A stretch of DNA of 64,000 nt from an uncultured Chloroflexia bacterium (GTDB lineage: Bacteria; Chloroflexota; Limnocylindria; Limnocylindrales; CSP1-4). Below are positions 8,977-22,183 of this stretch, piece after piece. The position numbers and the translations under genes are program-made. The notes under the pieces were generated by a model. It was not told the DNA's origin, ran no database searches, and was given only the letters and a program-made list of their open reading frames with translations. The DNA lies in the NCBI GenBank assembly GCA_963707215.1, contig CAVPPB010000003.1, forward strand, positions 704,001 through 768,000. The letters run 5' to 3'. Numbering within the stretch: position 1 is the first letter of the stretch; every line of letters starts with the position of its first letter.

Positions 8977-9441
8977 CTACTCCCCTATCTCGGCCAGGCG
9001 CCGCCTGAGGCGGGCGAGCGAGCGCCGGTCAGGCGTGGCCACGAAGACCGTGTCGTCGCCGGCGATCGAGCCCACGACCTCGGGCCAGCGCGCCCGATCG
9101 AGCGCGGCCGCGATCGGGTGAGCCGACCCTGGCAGGGTCCGGATGACGATCGTCAGGCCCGACTCGCGGATGTCGGCCGGCAGGTCGCGCATGAGGGCCC
9201 GCAGGCGATCCTCCCCGGTCGTCTCGGCCTCGCGCAGCCGGGCCGGCAGGGCGTAGGCCTGGGTCCCCTCGCGGGCGACCTTGACCAGGCCGAGCTCGGA
9301 CACGTCCCGGCTGATGGTCGCCTGCGTCGTCCGGAAGCCTCGCTCGCGGAGGGCCGCCGCGAGCTCCTGCTGCGTCCGCAGGACGCGCTGGTCGACGAGG
9401 TCGCGGATCGCCCGCTGGCGGAGCTGCTTCATCACCTCCAT
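8977..9441 (-). CDS. argR: Arginine repressor
   Basis: TQQEL, TQATISRDVSELGLVK, IRTLPGSA, GSIAGDDTVFV. Confidence 0.96.
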   Translation of the reverse strand: MEVMKQLRQRAIRDLVDQRVLRTQQELAAALRERGFRTTQATISRDVSELGLVKVAREGTQAYALPARLREAETTGEDRLRALMRDLPADIRESGLTIVIRTLPGSAHPIAAALDRARWPEVVGSIAGDDTVFVATPDRRSLARLRRRLAEIGE

Positions 9442-9450
9442 CGGTCCAGC

Positions 9451-10278
9451 CTACGGTGCCAGGAACCAGGCGAGGATGACGGCCGCCAGCACGAGCCGGT
9501 AGACGACGAACGGCGTCAGGCTGTGGACGGCTACCCAGCGCAGGAGCAGATGGATGGCCCCCAGCCCGGACAGGAAGGCGGCCAGCATCCCGGCGGCCAG
9601 GGGGACGGGGTCGACGGATGCGGAACCGCCGTCACGGATCAGCCCGAAGGTCTCGTACGCGCCGGCGAGGGCGATGATCGGCGCCGCCATCAGGAAGCTG
9701 AAGCGAGCCGCCGACGGCCGGTCGAGCCCGACCGCGAGGCCGGCCGAGATCGAGATGCCCGAGCGACTCACCCCCGGCACCAGGGCGATAGCCTGGGCGA
9801 CCCCGATGACGAGGGCCCCCGGCAAGCGCAAGCCCGAGAGGCCCAGACGCTTCGACCCCCACCGATCGGCCAGCCAGAGGATGGCCGCGCCCAGGACCAG
9901 CATCGCCGCGACCACGCCCGGCTGCCGGGCGCTGGCCTCGATCGCGTCACCGAGAAGCAAGCCGGCGATGACGGCGGGGATGACCGTGGCGGCGATGAGC
10001 CAGGCCAGCCGACGGTCCGGGTCGCCGGCGAAGGAGCGGTCCCGGAGCACTGCCAGGCCGGCCGGGACGAGCCGCAGCCAGTCCGCCCGGAAGTAGACCA
10101 GCAGGGCGCCCAGGGTCCCGAGGTGGAGCATGACCGAGAAGGCCAGCGACTCGAGGAACGCGTCGTCCCAGCCGAGCATGGCCGGCAGGACCACGAGGTG
10201 GCCCGAGCTGGAGATCGGCAGGAACTCGGTCAGTCCCTGGACGACCCCGAGGACGATGGCCTGGACGATGGTATCCAT
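9451..10278 (-). CDS. uppP: Undecaprenyl-diphosphate phosphatase
   Basis: GVVQGLTEFLPISSSGHL, PGVSRSG, AARFSFLM. Confidence 0.96.
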   Translation of the reverse strand: MDTIVQAIVLGVVQGLTEFLPISSSGHLVVLPAMLGWDDAFLESLAFSVMLHLGTLGALLVYFRADWLRLVPAGLAVLRDRSFAGDPDRRLAWLIAATVIPAVIAGLLLGDAIEASARQPGVVAAMLVLGAAILWLADRWGSKRLGLSGLRLPGALVIGVAQAIALVPGVSRSGISISAGLAVGLDRPSAARFSFLMAAPIIALAGAYETFGLIRDGGSASVDPVPLAAGMLAAFLSGLGAIHLLLRWVAVHSLTPFVVYRLVLAAVILAWFLAP

Positions 10279-10323
10279 GGGTCGACGGCCGGCCGCGGTC
10301 GCCCGCGGTCGGCCGTCCCCTCG

Positions 10324-12528
<2,205 letters not shown>

Positions 12529-12843
12529 AGGCTGGTTCGACGATCCTCCCAGTGTTCGATCGACCCGGCTCGGCGCACGGGAAAGGGCGTCTGGCGCGAG
12601 GTGGCACCGACCACGCGAAATGGCCTGCCCGGCCGGGGACGAAGGTCGGTCGCAGACCGCGGCGGAGTGTACCACGGCACCATCGGGGTCAGTCGCGGCA
12701 CGCCGGTCGAGGACGGTCGTCAGCGGGCAGGCTCGACGCCACCCGGACCGGGCCGATCGCGCCGGCCTATACTGCCGCCCCGTGACCGAGTCCCCGAGCC
12801 GCCGGTCCGATCGCTCCCGCGGCACGGCCGTGCCGTCCCCGTC

Positions 12844-13506
12844 GTGAGCTGGCCGGTCCCGATCCTCTTCGTCCTCGCCATGCTGGTCGTCGCCGGCGCG
12901 CTCGTCGCCCTGGCGTCGAGGGATCGGCAACTCGCCGTCCTCGGCCTGGCGGGCGCCCTGGCGCTGTCGCCGCTGGTCGTCGATCCGCTGCCCGATCCGC
13001 TCATCGTCGCCATCCGGATCGTCGCCGCCGCCCTGGCCGCCTACCTGGTCCGCATCCCTCTCCGCGATGCACCCTCGGGGATCGGCTCGCGGCTCGGCTG
13101 GCCGGCCGAGGCTGGCGCGGCTGGCGCGGCCTTCGTCGCCGGCCTGGCCGCGAGCGCCGCCGGGATGACCGGTGATGGCCCGGCTGCGGCGACCGCGGCC
13201 GCCTTCGGGGTCGGCGCCCTGACCGTCGTCCCGCTCATCGATCGACGCGACGCCGCCCGGACCGGGATCGCTCTCCTGCTGGCGGTGACGAGCGCCGACC
13301 TGTTCCGGGTCGGCCTGGCCGATCCGGGGACCCCCGGTTCGCTGACGGTCGGCGCGGCCTCGGTCGCCCTGGCCACAGCCATCGCCGCCATGCTGATCGC
13401 CAGCCGGGCACGGGCCCCGCTGCCAGCCGCCGCGCCGGTCGACGCGGAGATGGACGGTGCCCCGCTCGGATCGCCGGCGGACCCGGGGCTCGAGCCCGAC
13501 CGATGA
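12844..13506 (+). CDS. Hypothetical integral membrane protein
   Basis: About 7 hydrophobic segments. The stop overlaps the next start (ATGA). TATACT -10-like element near 12768. Start uncertain. Confidence 0.7.
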   Translation: MSWPVPILFVLAMLVVAGALVALASRDRQLAVLGLAGALALSPLVVDPLPDPLIVAIRIVAAALAAYLVRIPLRDAPSGIGSRLGWPAEAGAAGAAFVAGLAASAAGMTGDGPAAATAAAFGVGALTVVPLIDRRDAARTGIALLLAVTSADLFRVGLADPGTPGSLTVGAASVALATAIAAMLIASRARAPLPAAAPVDAEMDGAPLGSPADPGLEPDR

Positions 13507-14981
13507 CCCTGTTCGTCGTCCTCCTGGTGGCCGCCGCCGGCGTCGTCGCCGCCTGGGTGACCAGGGACCGCCGCCGGGCGGGCCATGTCGTCGGACTCGT
13601 TGCGCTGGCCGCGACGGCGTTGGCCGTGGCCGCGATCTCGCCCGGCTCCAGCGTCGAGATCACCGGCATCACCTTCGTCTCGAGCCCGTACGCCCGACTG
13701 CTCCTGGCCCTCGTGGCCACCAGCGGTCTCCTCCTGGCCGGCATCGCCGCGGTCGCCGGCGACGATCGATCTCCGGCCGTCGCCTGGCTGGCGGTCGTGG
13801 CGGCCGGGTTGATCGGGCTGACGACCCCGAGTCCCGTTCCCGGGACCTGGGCGATCCTGGCGGCCGGGGCGATGGCCCTGGCCCTGCCGATCGCGGCCAT
13901 CGCCGGACGGAACGTCGCCGCCTCGCTTCTGACGGCCCTGACCGCGGCCGTGGTCGGCGCCGTCCTGGTCGTCGTCGCGATGGCGATCGGGACCGCCCAG
14001 CTCCACCTTCCCGATCCGGACGCCGGCGTCATGGCGCTCGCGGTAGTGGGGGTCGTCGTCGCCGTCGCCATCCGTGGCGCGGTGGTCCCGTTCCACCGCT
14101 GGGCTCCGCCCATCACCGACATCTCCTCGGGCCCCATCGTCGCTGCCCTCGTCGGGGCGCTGCCCGCGCTGGCCACTGTGCTGGCGCTGACCTGGCTCGA
14201 CCAGGAGGTGACGCCGCTCCTGCTGCCGCTGGAGGCCGCGCGCGCCCTCGTGCTCGTGGTCGCCCTCGGGGCCATGCTCCTGTCGGCGGTGGCAGCCTGG
14301 ATCCAGGACGACCTGGGGCACGTCGCGGTGTACCTCCTGGGGCACGGGACCGCCGTCGCCATCCTCGGCCTCGGCGCCCTTGACCCGGCGGCCTGGGAGG
14401 CTACGCGGACCTGGGCTCTGGCATCCATCGGGACGGCGGCCGGGCTCCTGGCCTGGCTGACGGTGATGGAAGGGCGCTACCGGAGTCGCCGACTGCCCGA
14501 CCTGAGGGGCTGGGTGCGTCGATCGCCGCTCCTCGCCTTCGTGCTCGGGCTCGTCGCGGTGGCGACCATCGGGGTCCCCGGCATGGCGGTCTTCGAGGCT
14601 CGCCTGTCCCTCGTCGAGCTCACGGACCAGCCCCTCGTGAGGCTTGCCGGCATGCTCGCGATCGCCGCTCCGCTGCTGGCGATCGGCCGGATCCTGGTCG
14701 TCGGAGCGGACATCCAGTCGGCCGCGGTACGGGGCGCCGCGGAGGAGCGTCCCCGGCGGCCCGAGGGACCCCTGGGGCTCGACGGACTGCGCGCCACGGT
14801 AGCGCTGAACCGGGCGCCGCTCGCCTCGATCCTGGCGCTCGTCCTCGCCCTCGGATCCGTGCTCGTGTCGACCGGGGTCTTCGACCTGGCTTCGGCTGCG
14901 GCCGGCGACCCACCGTCGTCGACGCCGGCGCTCGCCCCCGGGGATGGCGCCGGAGGCCCCGGCCCGGACGAGACGCCCTAG
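13503..14981 (+). CDS. Proton-conducting transporter membrane subunit (NuoN/MrpD-like, divergent)
   Basis: Highly hydrophobic, with AIRGAVVPFHRWAP motif, QDDLGHV, LPDLRGWVRRSP and TIGVPGMAVF resembling the Proton_antipo_M family. Confidence 0.75.
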   Translation: MTLFVVLLVAAAGVVAAWVTRDRRRAGHVVGLVALAATALAVAAISPGSSVEITGITFVSSPYARLLLALVATSGLLLAGIAAVAGDDRSPAVAWLAVVAAGLIGLTTPSPVPGTWAILAAGAMALALPIAAIAGRNVAASLLTALTAAVVGAVLVVVAMAIGTAQLHLPDPDAGVMALAVVGVVVAVAIRGAVVPFHRWAPPITDISSGPIVAALVGALPALATVLALTWLDQEVTPLLLPLEAARALVLVVALGAMLLSAVAAWIQDDLGHVAVYLLGHGTAVAILGLGALDPAAWEATRTWALASIGTAAGLLAWLTVMEGRYRSRRLPDLRGWVRRSPLLAFVLGLVAVATIGVPGMAVFEARLSLVELTDQPLVRLAGMLAIAAPLLAIGRILVVGADIQSAAVRGAAEERPRRPEGPLGLDGLRATVALNRAPLASILALVLALGSVLVSTGVFDLASAAAGDPPSSTPALAPGDGAGGPGPDETP

Positions 14982-15060
14982 CCGCTCTCGCGTGGCCGAC
15001 CGGCGGCACGCGAAGCGCCGGGTCGACCGGGACGCCGGGCGGCAGGCTGTCGGGCGGCGC

Positions 15061-15531
<471 letters not shown>

Positions 15532-15604
15532 TCGATCTCCGGTCCTGAAGGTAGGTCGGCGGAAGGGTACCGCAGGCAGCCGGCGCCGCGACCGGACGAG
15601 CGCC

Positions 15605-16555
15605 TCAGGAGCCGCGGGAAGCGGGGTCGTCGACCGCCGGATCGGCGACGGACCGGTCGCCGTGCTCCTCGGTCGGCCCACTCCTGCCTGCGCCGGCCTG
15701 GTCCGGGAGGGTCCCGAGGATGGTGGCGGCAAGGTCGGGCCGATCGCGGATCAGCTCCGCCAGCCGACGGGCGGCTTCGTGATGGTCGCCGACCGCCAGT
15801 GCCTCGCGAGCGGCCGCGAGGTCGTCGTCCGACGGCGCGGCGGTGGGGGCACCGCCGGCGGCGAGCTCCGGTCCCGCGGCGACGTCGGGGGCGCCGATGA
15901 CATCGAGCGACCCGGCGACCTCTCGGGCCTCGGGCTCCCACAGACCGGGCTGTCCGGCGACGTCCGGCGGGATGGCTCCGGGCAGGTCCTCGTCCACGGC
16001 ATGGGCCTCGTCCACGGCATGGGCCTCGAGGGCCGCCGGCCCAGACGCGACGGCTCCCAGGAAGGCATCCTCGCTGGCTCTCCGGGTCGACGGCTCGTCC
16101 CCGAAGAGCGCCCCGGCCGGCACTGGCACGCTGTACCGGTCGCCGGGCCAGATCGCGCTCCGGGGCATGCCGGCGAAGAGCGAGTCCAGGTCCTCGCCGA
16201 CCAGTTCGATCGTCCGTGCCGCGAGCCGTCGCGCCTCTCCGTACCGGGCGCCCACCGCGGCCGCCTCCGCTGCGATCGCCAGTGCGACCGGTTCCTCACG
16301 GCCGCTGTCGAGGTAGGTCTCGGCGGCGACCCCGGCCCCCCCGAGGTCACCGGTCCGCCAGCGCGCCTCTGCCAGGTCGAGCAGGGCGTCCGGGTCGAGC
16401 GAACCGACGCCGGCGAACGCCTCGAGCTCGGCCCGGGCAAGGTCGAGCGAGCCCATCCGAAGATGGATGCGAGCGAGCCGCAGGTCGGTCGGTCGGCCAT
16501 CCGTGTCGACCGAGCCGGACAGGCCCAGCTCCGCCCGGAGCTCGGGCCCGCTCAT
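15605..16555 (-). CDS. Hypothetical protein with TPR-like helical N-terminus
   Basis: [19 protein letters not shown] / [13 protein letters not shown] helical repeats, acidic linker. Start overlaps the upstream stop. Confidence 0.65.
   Translation of the reverse strand: MSGPELRAELGLSGSVDTDGRPTDLRLARIHLRMGSLDLARAELEAFAGVGSLDPDALLDLAEARWRTGDLGGAGVAAETYLDSGREEPVALAIAAEAAAVGARYGEARRLAARTIELVGEDLDSLFAGMPRSAIWPGDRYSVPVPAGALFGDEPSTRRASEDAFLGAVASGPAALEAHAVDEAHAVDEDLPGAIPPDVAGQPGLWEPEAREVAGSLDVIGAPDVAAGPELAAGGAPTAAPSDDDLAAAREALAVGDHHEAARRLAELIRDRPDLAATILGTLPDQAGAGRSGPTEEHGDRSVADPAVDDPASRGS
15988..16028. repeat. 18-bp in-frame tandem duplication (2.3 copies)
   Basis: CCTCGTCCACGGCATGGG x2 plus CCTCG; encodes EAHAVD twice. 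Confidence 0.8.
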
Positions 16556-17819
16556 GCAGGCAGCCTGAGCCGGCGGTCCAGACCCCGCCCACGTCGCGGC
16601 GGCGCCACGACGGCCAGTCGAAGGCCCTCGTCCCGGAACAGCTCCCCGGCCAGGCGGCGGACGTCCTCGGCCGTGACCGCCTCGATCGCCACCAGGGCAT
16701 CCTCCAGGGTGAGCACCCGCTCATGAAGGGCTTCCTGGCCACCGAACCAGCTCGCCAGATGACGGGTGTCGTCCATCCGTAGCTCGAGGCCGCCGGACAG
16801 ATAGGCCTTGGCCTTGTGCAGCTCGTCCTCGGGGACCGCCTCCTCTCGGAGCCGGGCGAGCTCCGCGAGGATGGCGTCGAGGGCCGGACCAAGGTGATCC
16901 GGATCGACCCCGGCCGAGACCTCGAGCGCCCCGGCATCGGCATAGTCGAGGACGCCCGAGGACACGTCATAGGCGAGGGCCCGCTCCTCCCGGAGCGACA
17001 GGAACAGACGGCTGCTCATCCCGTCGCCCAGGATGACGTTGAGGAGCCCCAGGACCCAGGCCTCCGGGTGGTCCCGTCGCAAGGCAGGCACACCGACCAC
17101 CAGCTGGGCCTGGGCTGTGTCACGGTGGCCCAGGCGGTAGCGCTCGCCGGCAGGCAACTCCGGGGCCGCAACATACCCGGGGATCGGGCCGTTGCCCGAG
17201 CCGAAGGCTCGCCCGACGAGCTCGACGGCCTCCTCGTGGTCGAGGTCGCCGGCGACGGCGATGACCGTGTTGGCCGGCCGGTAGAGGACCGACCAGAAGT
17301 CGCGGATGGCCGCCTGGGCATCCCCCGGATCGAATCCTCGTCGCCGCAGATCTCGCGGCCCAGCGGGCCATCGCCGAACATCGCCCCCTGGAAGAGGATG
17401 TGGGCGTACTCGACGGGGTCATCGAGGTAGGAGCGGATCTCCTCGATGATGACCGTCCGCTCCTGGTCGATCTCGTGGTCGGCCAGCACCGGCCGGACGA
17501 CCAGCTCGCCGAGGACGTCCATGCCGCGGGCCATCTCCCGGCGCGGCACGCGGACCCAGTAGACGGTCGATTCGCGGTCGGTCGCCGCGTTGAAGGAGCC
17601 GCCCACGCCCTCGATCGCTTCGGCGATCGCCCGACTGCTGGGATAGCCGGCCGTCCCCTTGAAGGTGATGTGCTCCATGAAATGGGCGACGCCGGCCTGC
17701 TCGCGGGTCTCCAGCCGGGACCCTGCGAGCACGTAGGCGGCCATCGACACGGAGCGGGCTCCGGGGTGCCGGGCGCTGATGACGCGCGGCCCCTCCGGCA
17801 GCGCGGTCCGTACGTACAT
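16552..17819 (-). pseudogene. Pitrilysin/M16 family zinc peptidase, frameshifted near 17316 (probably sequencing error)
   Basis: N-half has HFMEH (inverted HxxEH) and NAATDRE; C-half has GDGMSSRLFLSLREERALAY. Adding one base at ATGCCC^AGGCGGCC restores MPEAAIRDFWSVLYRPANT. Confidence 0.88.
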
Positions 17820-17914
17820 CGGAGCGGATGGTACCGGAACGGTGGGGTGCCGCCCGGACGAAGAGCGGCCGGCGCCGTCGGGGGTCCGGCGCCGGCCGCA
17901 GGATGGATGCGAGC

Positions 17915-19318
17915 CTAGAGGTTGAAGGTCTGCTCCAGCCAGGGGACCGCGAAGTAGATGACGAAGGCGAACGAGACGATCCAGAGCAGCGGATGGACCT
18001 CGCTGGCCTTGCCGCGGACGGTCTTCAGGAACACGAAGGTGATGAAGCCGGCCGCGATGCCATCGGTGATCGAGTAGGTCAGCGGCATGACGATCAGGGT
18101 CGCCAGGGCCGGGAAGAGATCATCGATCTCGCCCCACTCGATGTCCTTGGCGATCGTGAACATCAGGTAGCCGACGATCACCAGGGCCGCGGCGGTCGCC
18201 TGGCCCGGGACGATCGCCACGACCGGGGCGAACAGGATCGCCGCCAGGAAGAGGACCCCGACCGTGATCGCCGTGAGGCCGGTCCGACCGCCGTCGGAGA
18301 CGCCGGCCGCCGACTCGATGTAGGTCGTGTTCGAGCTGGTGGAGAAGAGGCCGCCGAGGATGGCGCCCGCGGAGTCGACCGCCAGGACCCGCCGGATGCC
18401 CGGCAGCCGGCCCTGCTCGTCGACCGCGCCGGCCTGCTCGCCGACGCCGATGACGGTGCCCATCGTGTCGAAGAAGTCGGCCAGCATGAGGCTGAAGACG
18501 ACCAGTCCGACGGTGATCACCGAGGCCGGCGGATCCGTCCAGACCGAGAGCATGTACGACAGCGGAGCCAGGAGCGTCGAGAAGACCGCGCCGTCACCGA
18601 AGTCAGTGATGATGCGATCCGGGATCTGGGCGCTGCCGGGCACGAACCCGGTGGCCTCGGCCCCGAAGAAGGCCGTGAAGACGATCGACAGGATCGTCGC
18701 CGCGACGATGCTGATGAGCAGCGCACCCTTGACCTTGAGGGCCATCAGGGCCAGGGCCACGGCGAGGCCGAAGAGGAACGTAGCGAACGCCGGTGTCGTC
18801 AGGTCGCCGAGGCTGACCGGCGTCCCACCGCCCGCCTGGACGAAGCCGCCGTTGACGAGGCCGATGAAGAGGATGAAGAGGCCGATGCCGACGGCGATCG
18901 CCCGCTTCAGCTCCAGCGGGATCGCGTTCATGATCGTCTCGCGGAGCCCGGTCAGGACGAGGGCCAGGATGATGATGCCTTCCCAGGCGATCACCGCCAT
19001 GGCCTCTTCCCAGGCGAACCCGCGGTTGAGGATCAGGTCGAAGGCGACGACGGCGTTGAGGCCCAGGCCGGCGGCCATCGCGAACGGGTAGTTGGTGACG
19101 AGGCCCATGGCCAGGCAGAGGATCCCGGCGGCCAGGGCCGTCGCCACGATCGTCGGGATGAGCGGCGGCCCGGCGCCCTCGGTCTGGATCGAGAGGATCA
19201 GCGGGTTCACCGCGATGATGTAGGCCATGACCATGAACGTGGTCAGGCCGGCCCGGACCTCCGTGCTCAGGTTGGTGCCCCGCTCCTCGAAGCGGAAATA
19301 GGACGAGATCGCGCTCAC
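17915..19318 (-). CDS. NCS2/AzgA family purine permease
   Basis: EVRAGLTTFMVMAYIIAVNP, DFFDTMGT, TTYIESAAGV, GGRTGLT, MPLTYSI. GTG start after GGGAG. Confidence 0.94.
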   Translation of the reverse strand: MSAISSYFRFEERGTNLSTEVRAGLTTFMVMAYIIAVNPLILSIQTEGAGPPLIPTIVATALAAGILCLAMGLVTNYPFAMAAGLGLNAVVAFDLILNRGFAWEEAMAVIAWEGIIILALVLTGLRETIMNAIPLELKRAIAVGIGLFILFIGLVNGGFVQAGGGTPVSLGDLTTPAFATFLFGLAVALALMALKVKGALLISIVAATILSIVFTAFFGAEATGFVPGSAQIPDRIITDFGDGAVFSTLLAPLSYMLSVWTDPPASVITVGLVVFSLMLADFFDTMGTVIGVGEQAGAVDEQGRLPGIRRVLAVDSAGAILGGLFSTSSNTTYIESAAGVSDGGRTGLTAITVGVLFLAAILFAPVVAIVPGQATAAALVIVGYLMFTIAKDIEWGEIDDLFPALATLIVMPLTYSITDGIAAGFITFVFLKTVRGKASEVHPLLWIVSFAFVIYFAVPWLEQTFNL

Positions 19319-19426
19319 GCGCCACTCCCTCCTGCGAGCCGTCCCTCCACGGCCCACGCTCCGCCGGATCCGCCCGGTGGTCCGGCCGACCTCCCTCGTC
19401 TGCGCCGTCGAACGACGGCGCGGCCG

Positions 19427-19858
19427 CTACTCGTCCTCGCGGGCGTCGAGGCCGAGGAGCTCCATCTGGACGAACCCGCTGGTGTCGAACTCGAGCTGCC
19501 GGGGAGCTGACGGCGGGTCGGCGTCACCGGGTCCCACCGGGGCGAACTCGAGGATGACCCGCTCGTCGCCCTGGGCGAGGGTGTAGACGAGCAGCTGGTC
19601 GGGTCGGGTCTCGAACTCGAGATGCTCGAACGAGTCGATGTTGATGCAGATCGAGATCGGGGTGAAGTAGCTCGAGATGGCCGGGTCGTCGGCGACCAGC
19701 CGCTCGACCCAGCCGGTCCCGTGGGCAACGAGAGCTTGGCCCCGCAGGAAGCGATAGGTCACGGTCTGCTTCAGGAGGGGCCGGAGCAGGTGCTGCATGT
19801 CGGAACGGCTGCTCACGACGCCGCGATTGACGAAGAACTTCGCTGGCGGCACGGACAC
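19427..19858 (-). CDS. Hypothetical protein
   Basis: Coding-like ORF (VSVPPAKFFVNRG...) with GGAG RBS. No recognised motif. Confidence 0.7.
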   Translation of the reverse strand: MSVPPAKFFVNRGVVSSRSDMQHLLRPLLKQTVTYRFLRGQALVAHGTGWVERLVADDPAISSYFTPISICINIDSFEHLEFETRPDQLLVYTLAQGDERVILEFAPVGPGDADPPSAPRQLEFDTSGFVQMELLGLDAREDE

Positions 19859-19988
19859 GGCGGAGCTCCTGCGAACGGCCTGGTTCGATGGCGACGACCC
19901 GGCCGGGCGCCTCCCGGGGCGATCCGACCCGGCGATGGTACGACAGCCGGAGGGGCGCCGACAGGCCGCTCGGGCCTATCATCGCGGC

Positions 19989-20801
19989 ATGCTGCTCGTC
20001 CTCGACATCGGCAACACGAACCTGACCCTCGGCCTGGTCCGCGACGGTCACCTGACGACCCGCCGCCGGGGCGGGACCCATCCCCGGGCGACGGCCGACG
20101 AGCTCGAGCTTTCGCTCGAGGGCCTCCTCCGCCTCGACGGGGCCGGTCTCGTCGACGTCGACGCGATCGCCCTGGCCTCGGTGGTGCCCAGCCTCACGGC
20201 GGCGACCGAGGAGATCGCTCGCAGCCGGGATCGGCCCCTGGTCGTCGCTTCCGCCGGGATCGTCCCGCTGCCGATCCGGGTCGAGCGACCCTCCGAGGTC
20301 GGGGCCGACCGGCTCGTGAACTCGCTCGCCGCGAGCCGGATCTACGGGACCCCGGCCGTCGTCGTGGACTTCGGGACGGCGACGACCCTTGACTGCGTCG
20401 CCCGGGACGGGGCCTACGTCGGGGGCGCGATCGCCCCGGGCCTGGAGCTGGGCCTCGAGGCCCTCGCCGCCCGGACCGCCAAGCTGCCCCGGATCGAGCT
20501 CCATGCGCCGGATCGGGCGATCGGCCGTGACACCGTGTCCGCCATGCAGGCCGGGACCGTCTTCGGCTACCAGGCGCTCGCGTCCGGGTTGCTGGCCCGG
20601 GTCCGGGCCGAGCTGGCCGAGGCCAGCGACCTCGAGCCATCGGACGTCCGGGCGATCCTGACGGGCGGCCTGACGACCGAGCCATGGGTCGCCGGGATCG
20701 AGGGCGTCGACGCGATCGACCCGAACCTGACCCTGGAGGGCCTGGCGATCCTCTACGCCGAGGTCACCGGCGGCCAGCGTCTCGAGCTGGGCCTGCCATG
20801 A
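19989..20801 (+). CDS. coaX: Type III pantothenate kinase
   Basis: MLLVLDIGNTN, EVGADRLVN, VVDFGTATT, GGAIAPG, LTLEGL. Confidence 0.96.
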   Translation: MLLVLDIGNTNLTLGLVRDGHLTTRRRGGTHPRATADELELSLEGLLRLDGAGLVDVDAIALASVVPSLTAATEEIARSRDRPLVVASAGIVPLPIRVERPSEVGADRLVNSLAASRIYGTPAVVVDFGTATTLDCVARDGAYVGGAIAPGLELGLEALAARTAKLPRIELHAPDRAIGRDTVSAMQAGTVFGYQALASGLLARVRAELAEASDLEPSDVRAILTGGLTTEPWVAGIEGVDAIDPNLTLEGLAILYAEVTGGQRLELGLP

Positions 20802-22183
20802 CGGACGGACCGGCCGCCCACGGCGGACCTGCTGGCGCTGGCCCGGCTCCCGGCGGCCCGGACGGTCCCGCTCCCGGTCGGCTGGCTGGTCGGCTGGTTG
20901 CGCTCGGGGTCACCGGCTCGATCGCCGCGTTCAAGGCCGTCGAGCTGCTCCGTCTCCTGCGGGCGGAGGGCGCCGACGTCGTCGTGGTGGTGACCCCGAC
21001 GGCGACCCGGTTCGTCGCACCCCTGACCCTGGCCGCTCTCTCCGGTCATCACGTTGAGGGCGACGTCCTGGCTCTCCAGGCCGACGGCCGCATCGGCCAC
21101 ATCGTCGTCGCCGACAGCGCCGACGCCATCGTCGTCGCCCCGGCGACCGCTCACTGGCTGGGGGCGATCGCCAACGGGCTGGCCGCCGACTCGCTCACGG
21201 CGACCTGCCTCGCGACCACGGCGCCTGTCGTCGTCGCTCCCGCCATGGACGGCGAGATGTACTCGCACCCCGCGACCCAGGCCAACGTGCGGCGCCTCCG
21301 CGACGAGTTCGGGTACCGGATCGTGGAGCCCGCGGTCGGTCCGCTGGCCTCCGGTCAGGTCGGCGTCGGGCGGCTGGCAGAGCTGCCGACGATCGTGGAC
21401 GCGGTCGTGGCTGCGATCGGCGAGCGCCCAGTCCGGGCTCCCGACCCGGGTTTGCGCCCGCCGGTCATCGACGGCCTGCCCCGGGCCGGCGACCTCGAGG
21501 GGCGCCACGTCGTCGTCAGCGCCGGCGGCACGGCCGAGCCGATCGATCCGGTCCGCTACATCGGCAACCGCTCGACCGGCCGGATGGGCGTCGCCATCGC
21601 CGAGGCCGCTCTCGATCGCGGAGCGGCCGTGACCCTCGTCGTCGGGCGGGTCGAGATCGAGCTGCCGGCGGCGGCCCGGGTCGTTCGGGCCGAGACGACC
21701 GCCGCGATGCGGGACGAGGTCCTCACGGCGGTGACCGGTGGCGGTGTGGGACCGGGCGCGGACGTCCTGGTCATGGCCGCGGCGGTGGCCGACTTCCGGC
21801 CGGTCCGCGCCGCCGAGACCAAGCTGACGCGAGGCGGGCCGCTGACCCTCGAGCTGGAGCCGACCGAGGACATCCTCGCCGAGATCTCCCGGCGGGCGAC
21901 CGATCTCCTGCCACGGCCGGTCCTCGTCGGCTTCGCCGCCGAGACCGGCTCCTTCGACCGGGCCGTCGAGAAGCTCGCCCGCAAGGGCGTCGATCTCCTG
22001 GTCGCCAACGACGTCAGCGAGCCGGGCTCCGGCTTCGGGACCGAGACGAACCGGGTCGTCGTCCTGGACCGGGCGGGCGGTCGCGACGACTGGCCGCTGC
22101 TGACCAAGCGCGAAGTGGCCGACCGCCTCCTCGATCGGGTGGCCGCGCTTCTCATGGATCGCGACGCGGAGGCCACCGAATGA
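20798..22183 (+). CDS. coaBC: Bifunctional phosphopantothenoylcysteine decarboxylase/phosphopantothenate--cysteine ligase
   Basis: LGVTGSIAAFK, APATA, PAMDGEM, SAGGTAEPIDPVRYIGNRSTGRMG, AAAVADF, VGFAAET, VANDV. Confidence 0.96.
   Translation: MTDGPAAHGGPAGAGPAPGGPDGPAPGRLAGRLVALGVTGSIAAFKAVELLRLLRAEGADVVVVVTPTATRFVAPLTLAALSGHHVEGDVLALQADGRIGHIVVADSADAIVVAPATAHWLGAIANGLAADSLTATCLATTAPVVVAPAMDGEMYSHPATQANVRRLRDEFGYRIVEPAVGPLASGQVGVGRLAELPTIVDAVVAAIGERPVRAPDPGLRPPVIDGLPRAGDLEGRHVVVSAGGTAEPIDPVRYIGNRSTGRMGVAIAEAALDRGAAVTLVVGRVEIELPAAARVVRAETTAAMRDEVLTAVTGGGVGPGADVLVMAAAVADFRPVRAAETKLTRGGPLTLELEPTEDILAEISRRATDLLPRPVLVGFAAETGSFDRAVEKLARKGVDLLVANDVSEPGSGFGTETNRVVVLDRAGGRDDWPLLTKREVADRLLDRVAALLMDRDAEATE

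Noticed and set aside
17300-17330. Programmed ribosomal frameshifting in the M16 peptidase, gdhA or DRTGG genes
   Set aside because: There are no slippery heptamers, these families are not known for recoding, and sequencing error is the simpler explanation.
21240-21375. CoaBC with PAMD and LASG in place of PxMN and catalytic LACG
   Set aside because: Such variants are, to my knowledge, common in several bacterial phyla and do not indicate inactivation.
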